From contig CAXXUO010000001.1 of NCBI GenBank assembly GCA_963666485.2, positions 224,001 through 288,000 of the forward strand: a stretch of DNA of 64,000 nt, read 5' to 3'. This DNA is from Syntrophorhabdaceae bacterium. Lineage in GTDB: Bacteria > Desulfobacterota > Syntrophorhabdia > Syntrophorhabdales > Syntrophorhabdaceae. Positions 51,437 through 60,975 of the stretch are shown here, in pieces; position 1 is the stretch's first letter, and each line of letters starts with the position of its first letter. The translations under genes and the position numbers were made by a program. The notes under the pieces are model-generated. The model saw only the letters and a program-made list of their open reading frames with translations. It made no database searches and had not been told where the DNA came from.

Positions 51437-51571
51437 GGCGTAAGGCGCGAGCGCGTAAGGCGTAAAAAAAGACCGATCACTAAAACCGGTCTCTTTTTGT
51501 TTCCGTTACTTGAAGTTATTGCAGAAGATTTTTCGCTTCGAACGCCTTACGCCTCACGCCTCACGCCTTAC
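51432..51571. repeat. Inverted heptamer arrays CGTAAGG / GCCTYAC containing both convergent stops, around a bidirectional terminator-like hairpin
   Basis: Left 51432-51465, right 51544-51571; inner AAAAAGACCG...CGGTCTCTTTTT. Confidence 0.88.
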
Positions 51572-52101
51572 GTGTTTTTATTTTTCCACTCATCTATCTG
51601 CTGTTTGAAAGACCGGCGTATCTGAAGGGACGCCTCCTGCCACTTCGGCCAGGCTTCAACGTTCGGCTCAATGCTGTCTCCCTCGACGCCCGATGCCGCA
51701 AGGTCTTTGAGGATCCGGCCCTTTATGCCTGACTTCTCTTTTTCGAGCTCATCGGCAAACGATCGTTCGATCTCTTTGAGTTCCCTGTACGACCTTTCGT
51801 CAATGACAAACCGGACAAAAGAAAAGAGGCGGTCCAGGGACGATACATCCTCAGCAGACTCAAATTCATCGCCCAGGAGGTCGAGAACGATCCTCTTTTT
51901 CGTTTCATTGTCGCACTTCAGGGCATCGAGCTGCTCCTCGGCCTCGACATCGTCCGCAAGGTTCTCGCGATAGCGCCTGAATATAGTCAGTACGCCTGAT
52001 GCAAGCTCTTTCTGCGCCATGGACCTTTTTTCTTTTTCATCCATGACGAGGCCCTGCGTTCTTTCCATGGCCAGCTGGATCGCGCTTTTTATTTCAGCCA
52101 T
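51568..52101 (-). CDS. Conserved-looking hypothetical protein
   Basis: MAEIKSAIQLAMERT N-terminus, helical; follows upstream gene after 3 nt. Confidence 0.7.
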   Translation of the reverse strand: MAEIKSAIQLAMERTQGLVMDEKEKRSMAQKELASGVLTIFRRYRENLADDVEAEEQLDALKCDNETKKRIVLDLLGDEFESAEDVSSLDRLFSFVRFVIDERSYRELKEIERSFADELEKEKSGIKGRILKDLAASGVEGDSIEPNVEAWPKWQEASLQIRRSFKQQIDEWKNKNT

Positions 52102-52104
52102 GAC

Positions 52105-53049
52105 CTATCCTCCCATGTCTACCTTGACCGTATCGGTCTTGTCATAGTATTGTGGGCTGTATTCCACGACGAGCGAGTCTTCGATGCCGTGAAAACTGTG
52201 GGCAATACCAGCGGGAACGCGTATCTTCATTCCTTTTTCAAGGGTCATTCGCTTTTTCCTGTCCGGGGGGCCGCTGATAAACAGCGCTTCTATCGTACCC
52301 CTGACAATATAAAAAACCTCATCCTTCTTCCTGTGACGATGATTGCCGCGCGTTGTGCCTTTACGCAGTTCGAAAAAAGCCACGTGTCCGATATCTTCAC
52401 GATATGAAACCTGAATAAATTCGCCTTTATCATCGGCCCAGCGTTTCGCCCCGTCACATTCCTGTCCTTCAGACAGCCTCTCAATAAGTATATCATCAAT
52501 TGTCGGCGCGAGTTGTGTGGTCGCGGCCGTCACCGGGTGCATGCCAATTTCGAGGTAGCGTGCGGCGAGGTCAACGTAGAGCTGTTTGCCCATCTTCCAG
52601 TATTCGACGTCCTTGTCGGCGACATCCCTGATAACGTGAGCGGGATTGCCCCCGGCCACCACGCCTTCTTCGATGATCTGTCTCATCTTGACGACAGCGC
52701 CTTCGGCTATGATCGTACCCTCGCCGACCTCGCTGTAGATGCTCAATATCGCTCCCATGCCGATCACTGCAAGATCGCCCACGTGTGCGGCGTGTATGAT
52801 CGCCCCGTGCCCGATCGTGACGCTCCTGCCGATCCGGCACTGTTTACCGGGGGGTGCATGGACGACGACCCCCTCCTCCACCGCGGTACCGCTCCCGATC
52901 TCTATAGAGCCGTAATCCCCGCGCAGGATAGCGCCATGTCCTATGTAACAGTTGCCGCCAATGACGACATCCCCGATGACCTGGGCCGTTTCACTGATGT
53001 ACGTGCCCTCACCTGCGCGGGGGCGCCTCCCGTCATACTCAAAGATCAT
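52105..53049 (-). CDS. Gamma-carbonic-anhydrase-like (YrdA/PaaY) domain fused to C-terminal cupin
   Basis: Hexapeptide repeats, GAILRGD, VVHA, IGHGAIIH; then RGNH.H...E.FY and PAGIAHSF; start MIFEY chosen. Confidence 0.82.
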   Translation of the reverse strand: MIFEYDGRRPRAGEGTYISETAQVIGDVVIGGNCYIGHGAILRGDYGSIEIGSGTAVEEGVVVHAPPGKQCRIGRSVTIGHGAIIHAAHVGDLAVIGMGAILSIYSEVGEGTIIAEGAVVKMRQIIEEGVVAGGNPAHVIRDVADKDVEYWKMGKQLYVDLAARYLEIGMHPVTAATTQLAPTIDDILIERLSEGQECDGAKRWADDKGEFIQVSYREDIGHVAFFELRKGTTRGNHRHRKKDEVFYIVRGTIEALFISGPPDRKKRMTLEKGMKIRVPAGIAHSFHGIEDSLVVEYSPQYYDKTDTVKVDMGG

Positions 53050-53081
53050 ATGTGGTCCCGCGAGTCTCGCATCGTAACCCT

Positions 53082-53861
53082 CTACTTGGCCTTTGCGGGT
53101 GCCTCGGGCGCTTTGGGTGCCTCGGGCGCTTTTGGCGCCTCCATCCCGAGTGCGGCCTGCAGTGCAGGAATGTTGGCGCCGACAACGAGGTCCTTTCCAT
53201 TTACGATGAACATCGGTGTCCCGTTGACCCCGATCCGGGAACCTACTTCCTTGTGAAGGTTGAGGCGTTCCGCGACCTCCGGCTTCTTGCATACCGTGTA
53301 TTTCTGGGTGTCGAGCTTGCCTTTCATGGCCTCTTCGTACGCCTTCGCCTGATCAGATGAACAGAAGATGTACTTAATCTTGTTCTCCGCATCCTTGTGC
53401 GACGGCAGGGGGAAGAAGAACACGTAGCGTGTCGCATCCTTCACCGTTTCGAGAAATTGAGCCGCCCGGCGGCAATACGGGCAATCCGGGTCGGTGAATT
53501 CGATGATCGTCTGCTTTCCGCTTCCGATCTTTATGGCCTTATCGAGGGGAATCTTTTTGACGTTGTTCAGGAGAAGCTGGCCTTTTCTCTCGTCCGTTAA
53601 GCTCCTGCCTGTCTTGTCTATGATCTCGCCGACGAAAAGAAGGTCCTTTTCCTGGAAATAATAGATGAGATCAGTCCCCTTGGAAACCTCATACAGGCCC
53701 TTGACGGGGCCCGGCTTGATCGAATCATACGGTACGTTGGGATACGCCTTCTTAAACGCCTGCTCATAGTCCCCCCCGGCTGCATCCTGACCGAACCCGG
53801 CGGTCGCCAGGCAAAGGAGAATTATACCCGAGAACAGCACGCGCAGCAGATTATCTTTCAT
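53082..53861 (-). CDS. dsbC: DsbC-family disulfide isomerase
   Basis: Signal peptide, GLYEV dimerisation domain, FTDPDCPYC, GVNGTP; GGAGG RBS. Confidence 0.88.
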   Translation of the reverse strand: MKDNLLRVLFSGIILLCLATAGFGQDAAGGDYEQAFKKAYPNVPYDSIKPGPVKGLYEVSKGTDLIYYFQEKDLLFVGEIIDKTGRSLTDERKGQLLLNNVKKIPLDKAIKIGSGKQTIIEFTDPDCPYCRRAAQFLETVKDATRYVFFFPLPSHKDAENKIKYIFCSSDQAKAYEEAMKGKLDTQKYTVCKKPEVAERLNLHKEVGSRIGVNGTPMFIVNGKDLVVGANIPALQAALGMEAPKAPEAPKAPEAPAKAK

Positions 53862-53999
53862 TGTTCCTCCCATAGTGTTCAATGGAGCAAATATATCATC
53901 GACCCGCGGACAATTCCATGAATAAATTCGGCGCTGTCCTCAGCTTGCTGAATGTCCGTCTCCGGAAGGGGCACACGCGGGTCGCCGGCATGAACTCTC

Positions 54000-54680
54000 T
54001 CATACCGTTGCGTTCACAAGATCGATTATCCCCCGTATATCGTCAAATACGTGATCGGCATCGGCAAGGTCTTCCCGTGAACACCTGCCCGAAAGCACTC
54101 CCGCAGTCTGAGCGCCCAGCGCTTTCCCGGCGGCTATGTCCGTCGGGTGATCACCCGCTATTATCGCGTTCCCCGCAGGCACATCGAGCGCCTCAACGGC
54201 CATGCGCAGCTGGTGCGGGTCCGGCTTGACATACCGGGTGTCGTCACGGGTCACCATGACATCCACGTGATGATCGACATCGGGAAAGATGGTCCGGACG
54301 ACTGCCGCCGAAGACCGTGTTATGATCCCGGCGCGTATGTTCCGTTCCCTGAGAAACGAAAGGACCCGGCGTGCGTAGGGGTAGAGCTCTTTGTTGCGGC
54401 AGGCCTCTATCTCGAGCCTGTCAAGTTCCTGGAAGGCCCTTGCGCGAAAAGAGTCCGTGCCTTGATCGATCTCGTCTTCTATTGCGTGGACCATTTCGAG
54501 TATGTACTGGTCTTTGAGGCGGTCGATCATCTCCTGTCCGACGTATTCCCGGGCAATTTCCTCGACCCTTGCCCTCAAGAGCGAGAAATCGAGTGTAAGC
54601 GGCGTAAGGGTGCCATCGAAATCGAAAATGACAGCACGGATGGAATTCACTGCAGGCCCGTCACGGTCACCGGGACGCAC
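54000..54680 (-). CDS. HAD-superfamily phosphatase
   Basis: FDFDGTL, ITRS, KPDP, GDHPTDI; start may be GTG 54650. Confidence 0.88.
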   Translation of the reverse strand: MRPGDRDGPAVNSIRAVIFDFDGTLTPLTLDFSLLRARVEEIAREYVGQEMIDRLKDQYILEMVHAIEDEIDQGTDSFRARAFQELDRLEIEACRNKELYPYARRVLSFLRERNIRAGIITRSSAAVVRTIFPDVDHHVDVMVTRDDTRYVKPDPHQLRMAVEALDVPAGNAIIAGDHPTDIAAGKALGAQTAGVLSGRCSREDLADADHVFDDIRGIIDLVNATV

Positions 54681-55820
54681 TTACAGGTCTTTAAGGCAGT
54701 TCACGGCCGCGGCGACGCCGGTCCCGAGAGGGAACGTGTACCCGAGGTCGTTCAGGGTGAACTCTATGGCCGCAACGGCCGTTATAACATCGTACTTGTC
54801 CGCATAGCCGAGCGTCGCGAGGCGGAATATGCGACCCTTGAGAAAATCCTGCCCGCCCGCGCCGGTCACGCCGTATTTTTTCCACAGGGTCTTGTAGATG
54901 GCCTGGCCGTCTATCCCGTCAGGTGCGCATAACGCGGTCACTGCCGGGGACGGGTTCTTCGAAAATATCTCGAGGCCGATCGCCATCGCACCTTCGCGGG
55001 TGGCCTTCGCCAGCATTTCACTGCGCCGGTAGACATTATCGAGTCCTTCATCCTTGAGTATCTTGAGCGACTCCCTCAACCCCGTGATAAGAGAAATGGC
55101 CGGGGTGAAATTCGTCTGGTTTTTTTTCAGGTTCTCGCGTTCCTTCTCCCAGTTGAAATAGAACCTGGGTATCTTTGACGTTTTACCGACCTCCCACGCC
55201 TTGTCGCTGACCCCCGCAAAGGCGAGGCCAGGGGGAAGCATGAGGGCCTTTTGCGACCCGCTGATCAGGATATCGATGCCCCATTCATCCATCGGCAGGG
55301 GGATGACGCCCACACCGGTGATACCGTCGACAACCATAAGTGTGCCGGGGTAATTCCTGACAATATCCGCTATCTCTTTCGTCGGGAACAGCGTCCCCGT
55401 CGATGTCTCGGTCGCCTGCGTGTACACGGCCTTCGCGTCGGGATGTGCCTTGAGCGCCTCTCCGACTGCCGACGGGTCCAGTTTGTCTCCCCAGGGGATA
55501 TCGATGTTGACCGGTACGACGCCGTATGCCTCGCAAATCTCGGCCCAGCGTTCCCCGAACTTGCCGCTCCTCACGACGATCGCCTTGTCACCCGGGGACA
55601 GCATGTTCGTGATCGCTCCCTCCATTGCGCCCGTACCTGATGATGCGAATATCAGGACCTCATTGTGCGTACCGAAGAGAAATTTCAGTCCTGCTCTCAC
55701 CTCTTCCACCACGGTTTCGAACATGGGGTTCCGGTGATGGACCATCGGTTCGGCCATTTTCAAGAGGACTTCAGGGGGGATCTGGGTAGGTCCCGGGGCG
55801 AGCAAATAGCGTTTCTGCAT
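54681..55820 (-). CDS. Class V PLP aminotransferase (alanine-glyoxylate/serine-pyruvate type)
   Basis: LLAPGPT, HHR, SSGTGAME, ETSTG, SGSQKALMLPPGL. Confidence 0.93.
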   Translation of the reverse strand: MQKRYLLAPGPTQIPPEVLLKMAEPMVHHRNPMFETVVEEVRAGLKFLFGTHNEVLIFASSGTGAMEGAITNMLSPGDKAIVVRSGKFGERWAEICEAYGVVPVNIDIPWGDKLDPSAVGEALKAHPDAKAVYTQATETSTGTLFPTKEIADIVRNYPGTLMVVDGITGVGVIPLPMDEWGIDILISGSQKALMLPPGLAFAGVSDKAWEVGKTSKIPRFYFNWEKERENLKKNQTNFTPAISLITGLRESLKILKDEGLDNVYRRSEMLAKATREGAMAIGLEIFSKNPSPAVTALCAPDGIDGQAIYKTLWKKYGVTGAGGQDFLKGRIFRLATLGYADKYDVITAVAAIEFTLNDLGYTFPLGTGVAAAVNCLKDL

Positions 55821-55955
55821 CGTTGATCTCCTCAATTTTAATGCTAGTTTCTAACAAATTCGCCTCAAAACCTCAAGCAAAATGAGTTATACAACATGGC
55901 GTGTTTGTGCTATATTCAAGGAAACAAAATTGTTCCAGAAGAAGGAGAAAGAGGT

Positions 55956-56342
55956 ATGGCCCAGGGCCCCTATAGCGATATTGTCATAGATCATTTCGAG
56001 AATCCCCGGAACATGGGGGAGATCGAATCAGCTGACGGCGAGGCCGAGGTCGGCAACCCGACGTGCGGCGACGTTACAAAGATATTTCTCAAGATCGAGG
56101 ATGGACGGATCGTCGATGTGAGGTTCAAGACGTTCGGCTGCGCGGCAGCCATTGCATCGGCCAGCATGACGACGGAGCTGATCAAGGGCAAGACCCTCGA
56201 TGAAGCCCTGAAAGTGACGAACGAACTTGTCGCAAAAGAGCTCGGAGGCCTTCCCGCTGCAAAGCTCCATTGTTCTGTCATGGCGGAAGAGGCACTGCAG
56301 GCGGCGATCGACGATTACAGGAAGAAGAGCGTAAAACAATAA
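55956..56342 (+). CDS. IscU/NifU-type Fe-S scaffold
   Basis: DHFENPRN.G, GNPTCGD, FGCAAAIAS, KLHCS. Confidence 0.93.
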   Translation: MAQGPYSDIVIDHFENPRNMGEIESADGEAEVGNPTCGDVTKIFLKIEDGRIVDVRFKTFGCAAAIASASMTTELIKGKTLDEALKVTNELVAKELGGLPAAKLHCSVMAEEALQAAIDDYRKKSVKQ

Positions 56343-56346
56343 CATC

Positions 56347-56730
56347 ATGCCCGAATTCTCTATCAGATCATCGAAAAGGATCGAAGCGATCGACATTACC
56401 GGCCAGGTCATGGACGTGGTCCGGGGCCAGTCGGGCAAGCTTCTGCACGTTTACACGCCGCACACCACCTGCGGCATGATCATCAATGAAGATGCGGACC
56501 CTGATGTCATGCGCGACATCATCGAGAAATTCGCGAAGCTCGCCCCGGCTGAGGGCCCGTACCGGCACAGGGAAGGCAATTCAGATGCCCACATCAAGGC
56601 AGTATTGACCGGTGCCTCGGTCAGCATCCCTTTTGTCAACAACTCCCCTGCCCTCGGCACATGGCAGGGCATTTTCCTGATGGAATTCGACGGGCCGAGG
56701 GAACGCAGGGTTTTGGTAACAGTGATCTGA
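56347..56730 (+). CDS. yjbQ: YjbQ/UPF0047 family protein
   Basis: PHTT, INE.ADPDV, H.EGNSDAHIK, LGTWQ, EFDGPR. Confidence 0.93.
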   Translation: MPEFSIRSSKRIEAIDITGQVMDVVRGQSGKLLHVYTPHTTCGMIINEDADPDVMRDIIEKFAKLAPAEGPYRHREGNSDAHIKAVLTGASVSIPFVNNSPALGTWQGIFLMEFDGPRERRVLVTVI

Positions 56731-56748
56731 TATCCTGGAGGATATTAA

Positions 56749-57255
56749 ATGAAAAAAAGAATCGGAATAGCATTCGTCATCGGCCTCTGCATGATCCTAT
56801 TGTGCGTCTTCGCCGCCGGGCCGGTTTATGCAAAGAACGAAAAACCTGCGAAGGCAAACCAGCCGGCACCGGTGAAGACCATCCCGAGCATCAAGGAATA
56901 CGGGGCCTATGTCAAACTCGCAAAAGGATATGTTCGCCTGCTTCCGAACATCGTCTTCGACGAGAAGGGCGTGTTTTTTATCGAACCGAACAATCCCCCC
57001 CATTTTTTCCTCAAGGACGTGCAATACCTGGTCGTTTACGGCGAGTATGACTGGAGCGTTCTGACGGTAAATCCCATGGGGTTCTATCAGCCGTCCCCCC
57101 TGGGGAAGCCGCGTTTCGCCTTCGGCAAGGAGATCGGCATCGATGCGAAACCGCAGCAGAAGGGCATGTATAACCTGAAGCCCAAAGAACTCCTGGGCCG
57201 CGGCTACTACAGCATCTGGATCAACGATACTGCCTGGGATTTTATCCTGGATTGA
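56749..57255 (+). CDS. Exported hypothetical protein
   Basis: GGAGG RBS, signal peptide ending VYA, beta-rich mature region. Confidence 0.7.
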   Translation: MKKRIGIAFVIGLCMILLCVFAAGPVYAKNEKPAKANQPAPVKTIPSIKEYGAYVKLAKGYVRLLPNIVFDEKGVFFIEPNNPPHFFLKDVQYLVVYGEYDWSVLTVNPMGFYQPSPLGKPRFAFGKEIGIDAKPQQKGMYNLKPKELLGRGYYSIWINDTAWDFILD

Positions 57256-57318
57256 TTTTTTGTCGGAAGACGTAAAGAAAGTGTCGTAAGACGTTACCGG
57301 AAAAAGAAGATAACGAGC

Positions 57319-58071
57319 TTACCATAGCTTTTCTGTCACGAACCTGAAGCCCATTCCCACGAATGTGGATATCTGCTCGCTCCCGAAGATGCCGGACCCC
57401 GTGGTAAGATCGATCTGCACGGCGTCGCTGATAATGTGGCGAAAACCAACCTGATATGCGCCGCCGGTCTTCCCGGCGTACGGGTCGTTGCAGAAGATCT
57501 CCATGACGCCGTGAAGTCCCCCGAACAACCGGATCTGCGAACCGATGCCCCAGGTGCCTACGGTTACCTCGCTGCTGGTGGATATCCCTATGTTGCCATG
57601 GATCAGCACCCGGTCATTGTCGAAAAGGGATTCCGTCATTGCCGCATAGACGAACCCGTTCCATTGCTCGGGCCTGAATTCGCCTTTCCCCCAGGGAGGG
57701 GCCGCGCCGGCAGCCATGGCAAGACCGGGATACTTGTTCGGCTTCGCGTCCCAGAAGAGATACTTGAACTGCATCAGCGGACCGGTGATGGAATAGCTCC
57801 GGTTGGACTCCTTTTCGAGGGGAAACCCGTTCGTGAAGCCGATCGTCAGTTCAGAATTCGCCGTAGGCCCAAACGCACCCAGCGTGAGGTTCGAGAACTC
57901 ATCCTGCGAATACCTGACCGAGGTCTCGACCTGGGCCTGGTGGTCCCCGACGACACGGGCGTCGTCGGTGACAAAGGGACGCACCGCGCACGCCGGTCCG
58001 GGCATAACGATTATGGCGAACACGGCAAGCAAGCAGGCCGCGATGTATAGGAACCGTAGCTGAGGGTCCAT
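57319..58071 (-). CDS. Putative outer-membrane beta-barrel protein
   Basis: Signal peptide, RPFVTDDA motif, alternating beta strands, terminal aromatic W; AGGAGG RBS. Confidence 0.65.
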   Translation of the reverse strand: MDPQLRFLYIAACLLAVFAIIVMPGPACAVRPFVTDDARVVGDHQAQVETSVRYSQDEFSNLTLGAFGPTANSELTIGFTNGFPLEKESNRSYSITGPLMQFKYLFWDAKPNKYPGLAMAAGAAPPWGKGEFRPEQWNGFVYAAMTESLFDNDRVLIHGNIGISTSSEVTVGTWGIGSQIRLFGGLHGVMEIFCNDPYAGKTGGAYQVGFRHIISDAVQIDLTTGSGIFGSEQISTFVGMGFRFVTEKLW

Positions 58072-58213
58072 GTTCCTCCTAAGGTTTTTACTTTTCCAAT
58101 AGACTAATGCAAGTGACAGCCTGTTTTCAATGCCGGAAACTCGATTCTTTTTGTAGTGTTGCTATGTTTTTTGTTTACTCGAAATTGCACTTTGTGATAA
58201 ATGTCATACTACC

Positions 58214-58495
58214 ATGCGCCCCGGGCCGATAGTCAAATCCGTCATTACCTGCCTCGTTCTTATCCTGCTTTTTTCAATTTTCACCGTTGAGACAAACCAG
58301 GACAACCGGGCGTCTTTCAAAGAACGGTGCCCGACATGTATCGACAGCAATACTGTTTTTATCCCTCTCAATGAAATAGATCCCTCGTCTTTCGTGAACT
58401 ACGTGGAAAAACATATTGTTTTTGCCGACAGCGAACAGATCTCCGAGTACAAGGACCTTACCAACCATTACGACAGGGCACCTCCTCGCCTCTAA
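58214..58495 (+). CDS. DUF2946/CruR-like leader peptide with TM, CxxC and C-terminal RAPP
   Basis: Hydrophobic N-terminus, CPTC, ends DRAPPRL*; first gene before the efflux operon. Confidence 0.72.
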   Translation: MRPGPIVKSVITCLVLILLFSIFTVETNQDNRASFKERCPTCIDSNTVFIPLNEIDPSSFVNYVEKHIVFADSEQISEYKDLTNHYDRAPPRL

Positions 58496-58612
58496 AGGTT
58501 TTTATGCGCATCGAGAAGGCCGTGGCGGTGTCCGTGCCCGCTGCGCCTGCCTGTCCGATCATCGCACCGCGGTCGGATACCGGAAGAACCGATTCAGGAG
58601 AGGTAGAAAAAG

Positions 58613-59908
58613 TTGATTTCAGATCCTTTAAAACATCTGGCAAGCTCCATCCCGCAATGCCTGGTACGCCGGTATGCACAGGTTGCCTTAGCCCTGGCGC
58701 TCGCCATGTTCCTCGGGTGCGCCGCAGCGGGTGCCGCACCGGGCGAGCTGACCATCGACGAGGCGCTGGCCCAATTTTACGAGAACAATCTCGATATCAT
58801 AATAAACCGGTACGAGGTCGATAAATCGTATGCAGATTATGTCACGGCCAAACTGATACCCAACCCTGCCCTGACGGTCAATTATAACAATCTCGAGATC
58901 TCACAGGGCAAAACGAACCGCGGTGACAACACCCAGCTGACCATCCGCGTCGACCAGCTCATCGAGACAGCGGGGAAGAGGACGTACAGGACGAATACGG
59001 CCAACGAACTGTACGAGGCCGCCAAGATCACGCATAAAGACGTCATCAGGAATCTCCTGATCGGGTTTTACTCGTTGTACTACTCGATCAATCTCGACAT
59101 GTTCAACGTCGATTTTGCGAAACATGAGCTCACTCTTTACAACAGGCTCCTCGAGATCGCAAAAAAGAAGCACAATGCCGGGTTCCTCTCGACAATGGAT
59201 TACACAAAGCTCAAGATGAGGCGGATCGAGCTCGCCAACAACGTTGTAAACTTCGAGACGCAGCTGAAGAATGATCTGAGCGCCTTTACCGTACTTTTGG
59301 GAAAAGAGGAGGCAATGAGGCCGGCCAGGATCAAACTTCACGAGAATCTCCGGAAATACAACGAGGAAGAGCTCGTAACCATAGCCCAGGAGAACCGCTA
59401 CGACCTGCTCTCCTTGAAGCGGCAGCTCAAGGCCGCAGACAACGCTGTCATGCTCGCAAAGGCCGGGAGGTTTCCCGATTTCAGCATAGGCGGGGAATAC
59501 GATTCCATCGGCAATCCCGCGAAGAATGCTGTCGGGGCAGGTTTCAGCATACCGCTCCCGATCTTCTCGAGGTCGCAGGGTGCGATCCTGAAAAGCGAGG
59601 CCCTGAAAAAACAGGTGGAAACACAGATAACGAAAGTGAAGCGGACGATAACGCTGGAGGTCCAGCAGTCCCTCAATACCTACAAAGCATCCGCACAGAT
59701 CTTTGAGACATATAACCAGAGCAAACCTGAGATGGACAACCTCATGACGAACAGTACAAAGGCATTTACGCTGGGCGGCATTACGGTGCTCGACCTTCTC
59801 GACGCCGAGAGAACATACAGGGAGTTTATGACGAAATATCATCAGGCCTTCATCCAGGCAATTCTGAACAGCGATCTCATCAAGGTGTATACGGGTGAAA
59901 TGAAATGA
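58613..59908 (+). CDS. TolC/CzcC-family outer membrane efflux protein
   Basis: LTIDEAL, PNP.L, IETAGKR, SIPLPIF.R.QG, LLDA.R; AGGAGAGG RBS, TTG start. Confidence 0.9.
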   Translation: MISDPLKHLASSIPQCLVRRYAQVALALALAMFLGCAAAGAAPGELTIDEALAQFYENNLDIIINRYEVDKSYADYVTAKLIPNPALTVNYNNLEISQGKTNRGDNTQLTIRVDQLIETAGKRTYRTNTANELYEAAKITHKDVIRNLLIGFYSLYYSINLDMFNVDFAKHELTLYNRLLEIAKKKHNAGFLSTMDYTKLKMRRIELANNVVNFETQLKNDLSAFTVLLGKEEAMRPARIKLHENLRKYNEEELVTIAQENRYDLLSLKRQLKAADNAVMLAKAGRFPDFSIGGEYDSIGNPAKNAVGAGFSIPLPIFSRSQGAILKSEALKKQVETQITKVKRTITLEVQQSLNTYKASAQIFETYNQSKPEMDNLMTNSTKAFTLGGITVLDLLDAERTYREFMTKYHQAFIQAILNSDLIKVYTGEMK

Positions 59909-60975
59909 AAAGATCAGTCTATTCCCTCGTCTTCTTTCTTCTGTGCGCATTGCTTCTCGTTTCATGCCATTCCAAGGAGAAAAAAGAAGAGAAGAGCGAG
60001 CTGAAGACATATAAGGTCACCGCTCAAGAGGTCCAGTTCTATGTCGAGGCGACGGGAAGTGTCCAGCCGGACCTGGGCGGGGCATCGAAGATCATCAGCC
60101 ACGTCCCCGGAACGGTTGCACAGATCCTCGTAAAACCGGGAGAGCGGGTGAAGAAAGGCTCCGCACTGCTTGTTATCAAGAGCCCTGACGCCACTGATGC
60201 GTACGCCGCCTACCTTTCCTCGGTCGCCCAGCTAAAACAGACCGAACGCATTTACAATCTCAATAAAGAACTGTTCGAGGTGGGTGCGGTCACGAAGAAC
60301 GATCTCTTGAACAGTGAGGCCAGTTTCCGGCAGATGGAGGCGGTCTCCGCGGGTTTAAGAAAAAAACTGAACCTGTACGGGTGCGGCATATCCGGCAGCA
60401 ACGAGGTAAAACGGGACAGTTGCTCCGATACAGTGACCATACGGGCGTCGATCCCGGGCTTTGTCGCCGATATCCAGACGCGCATCGGGGACAAGGTCGA
60501 TGCCACGACCGGCCTCATGACCATCGCCGACCCGCAGAATATCATCATTGTCGCCAACATCTACGATTCGGACATACCCAAGATCAAGAAAGACAGCAAC
60601 GTTACATTTTACGCGGACATCTTCGAGAATACCCCGTTCAAGGGCGTCGTCACGTACGTAAGCGACATCTCGGACACGGAATCGAAAACGGTGAAGACCT
60701 TTATCAAGATCCTCGACAGAAAGGACGTCTTCAAACAGAACATGTTCCTGAAACTGAAGATCGAAAGGGAAAAGAGGTCTTTTGCCGTCGTCCCTCAATC
60801 CGCGATCATCTACAAAGACGGTAATTTCTACGTGTACAAGGCGCTCAAGGACGGGAAGAACGAGTTGAAACAGGTAAAGGCCGTTCGTGAACTTCCCGGG
60901 AAATTCATGGCCGTCGAAGGCATCAGCGAAGGCGACCCGATAGTCCTGTCGGCGATAGAACTGGAAAGACCATGA
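59905..60975 (+). CDS. RND efflux membrane fusion protein (CzcB-like)
   Basis: Lipobox LVSC, VKPGERVKKG, IRASIPG, EGISEGD. Confidence 0.9.
   Translation: MKRSVYSLVFFLLCALLLVSCHSKEKKEEKSELKTYKVTAQEVQFYVEATGSVQPDLGGASKIISHVPGTVAQILVKPGERVKKGSALLVIKSPDATDAYAAYLSSVAQLKQTERIYNLNKELFEVGAVTKNDLLNSEASFRQMEAVSAGLRKKLNLYGCGISGSNEVKRDSCSDTVTIRASIPGFVADIQTRIGDKVDATTGLMTIADPQNIIIVANIYDSDIPKIKKDSNVTFYADIFENTPFKGVVTYVSDISDTESKTVKTFIKILDRKDVFKQNMFLKLKIEREKRSFAVVPQSAIIYKDGNFYVYKALKDGKNELKQVKAVRELPGKFMAVEGISEGDPIVLSAIELERP

Noticed and set aside
53050..53292. N-terminal extensions in the ORF track (gamma-CA fusion; likewise nuoB, nuoC, nuoI)
   Set aside because: They overlap upstream genes; downstream ATGs match family starts
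53900..53987. Structured ncRNA between dsbC and the HAD gene
   Set aside because: A 9-bp inverted repeat and small hairpins only; single copy, no family motif
57262..57320. Further heptamer array (CGTAAAG, CGTAAGA, CGTTACC)
   Set aside because: Too degenerate to count, though its position after a stop fits the family
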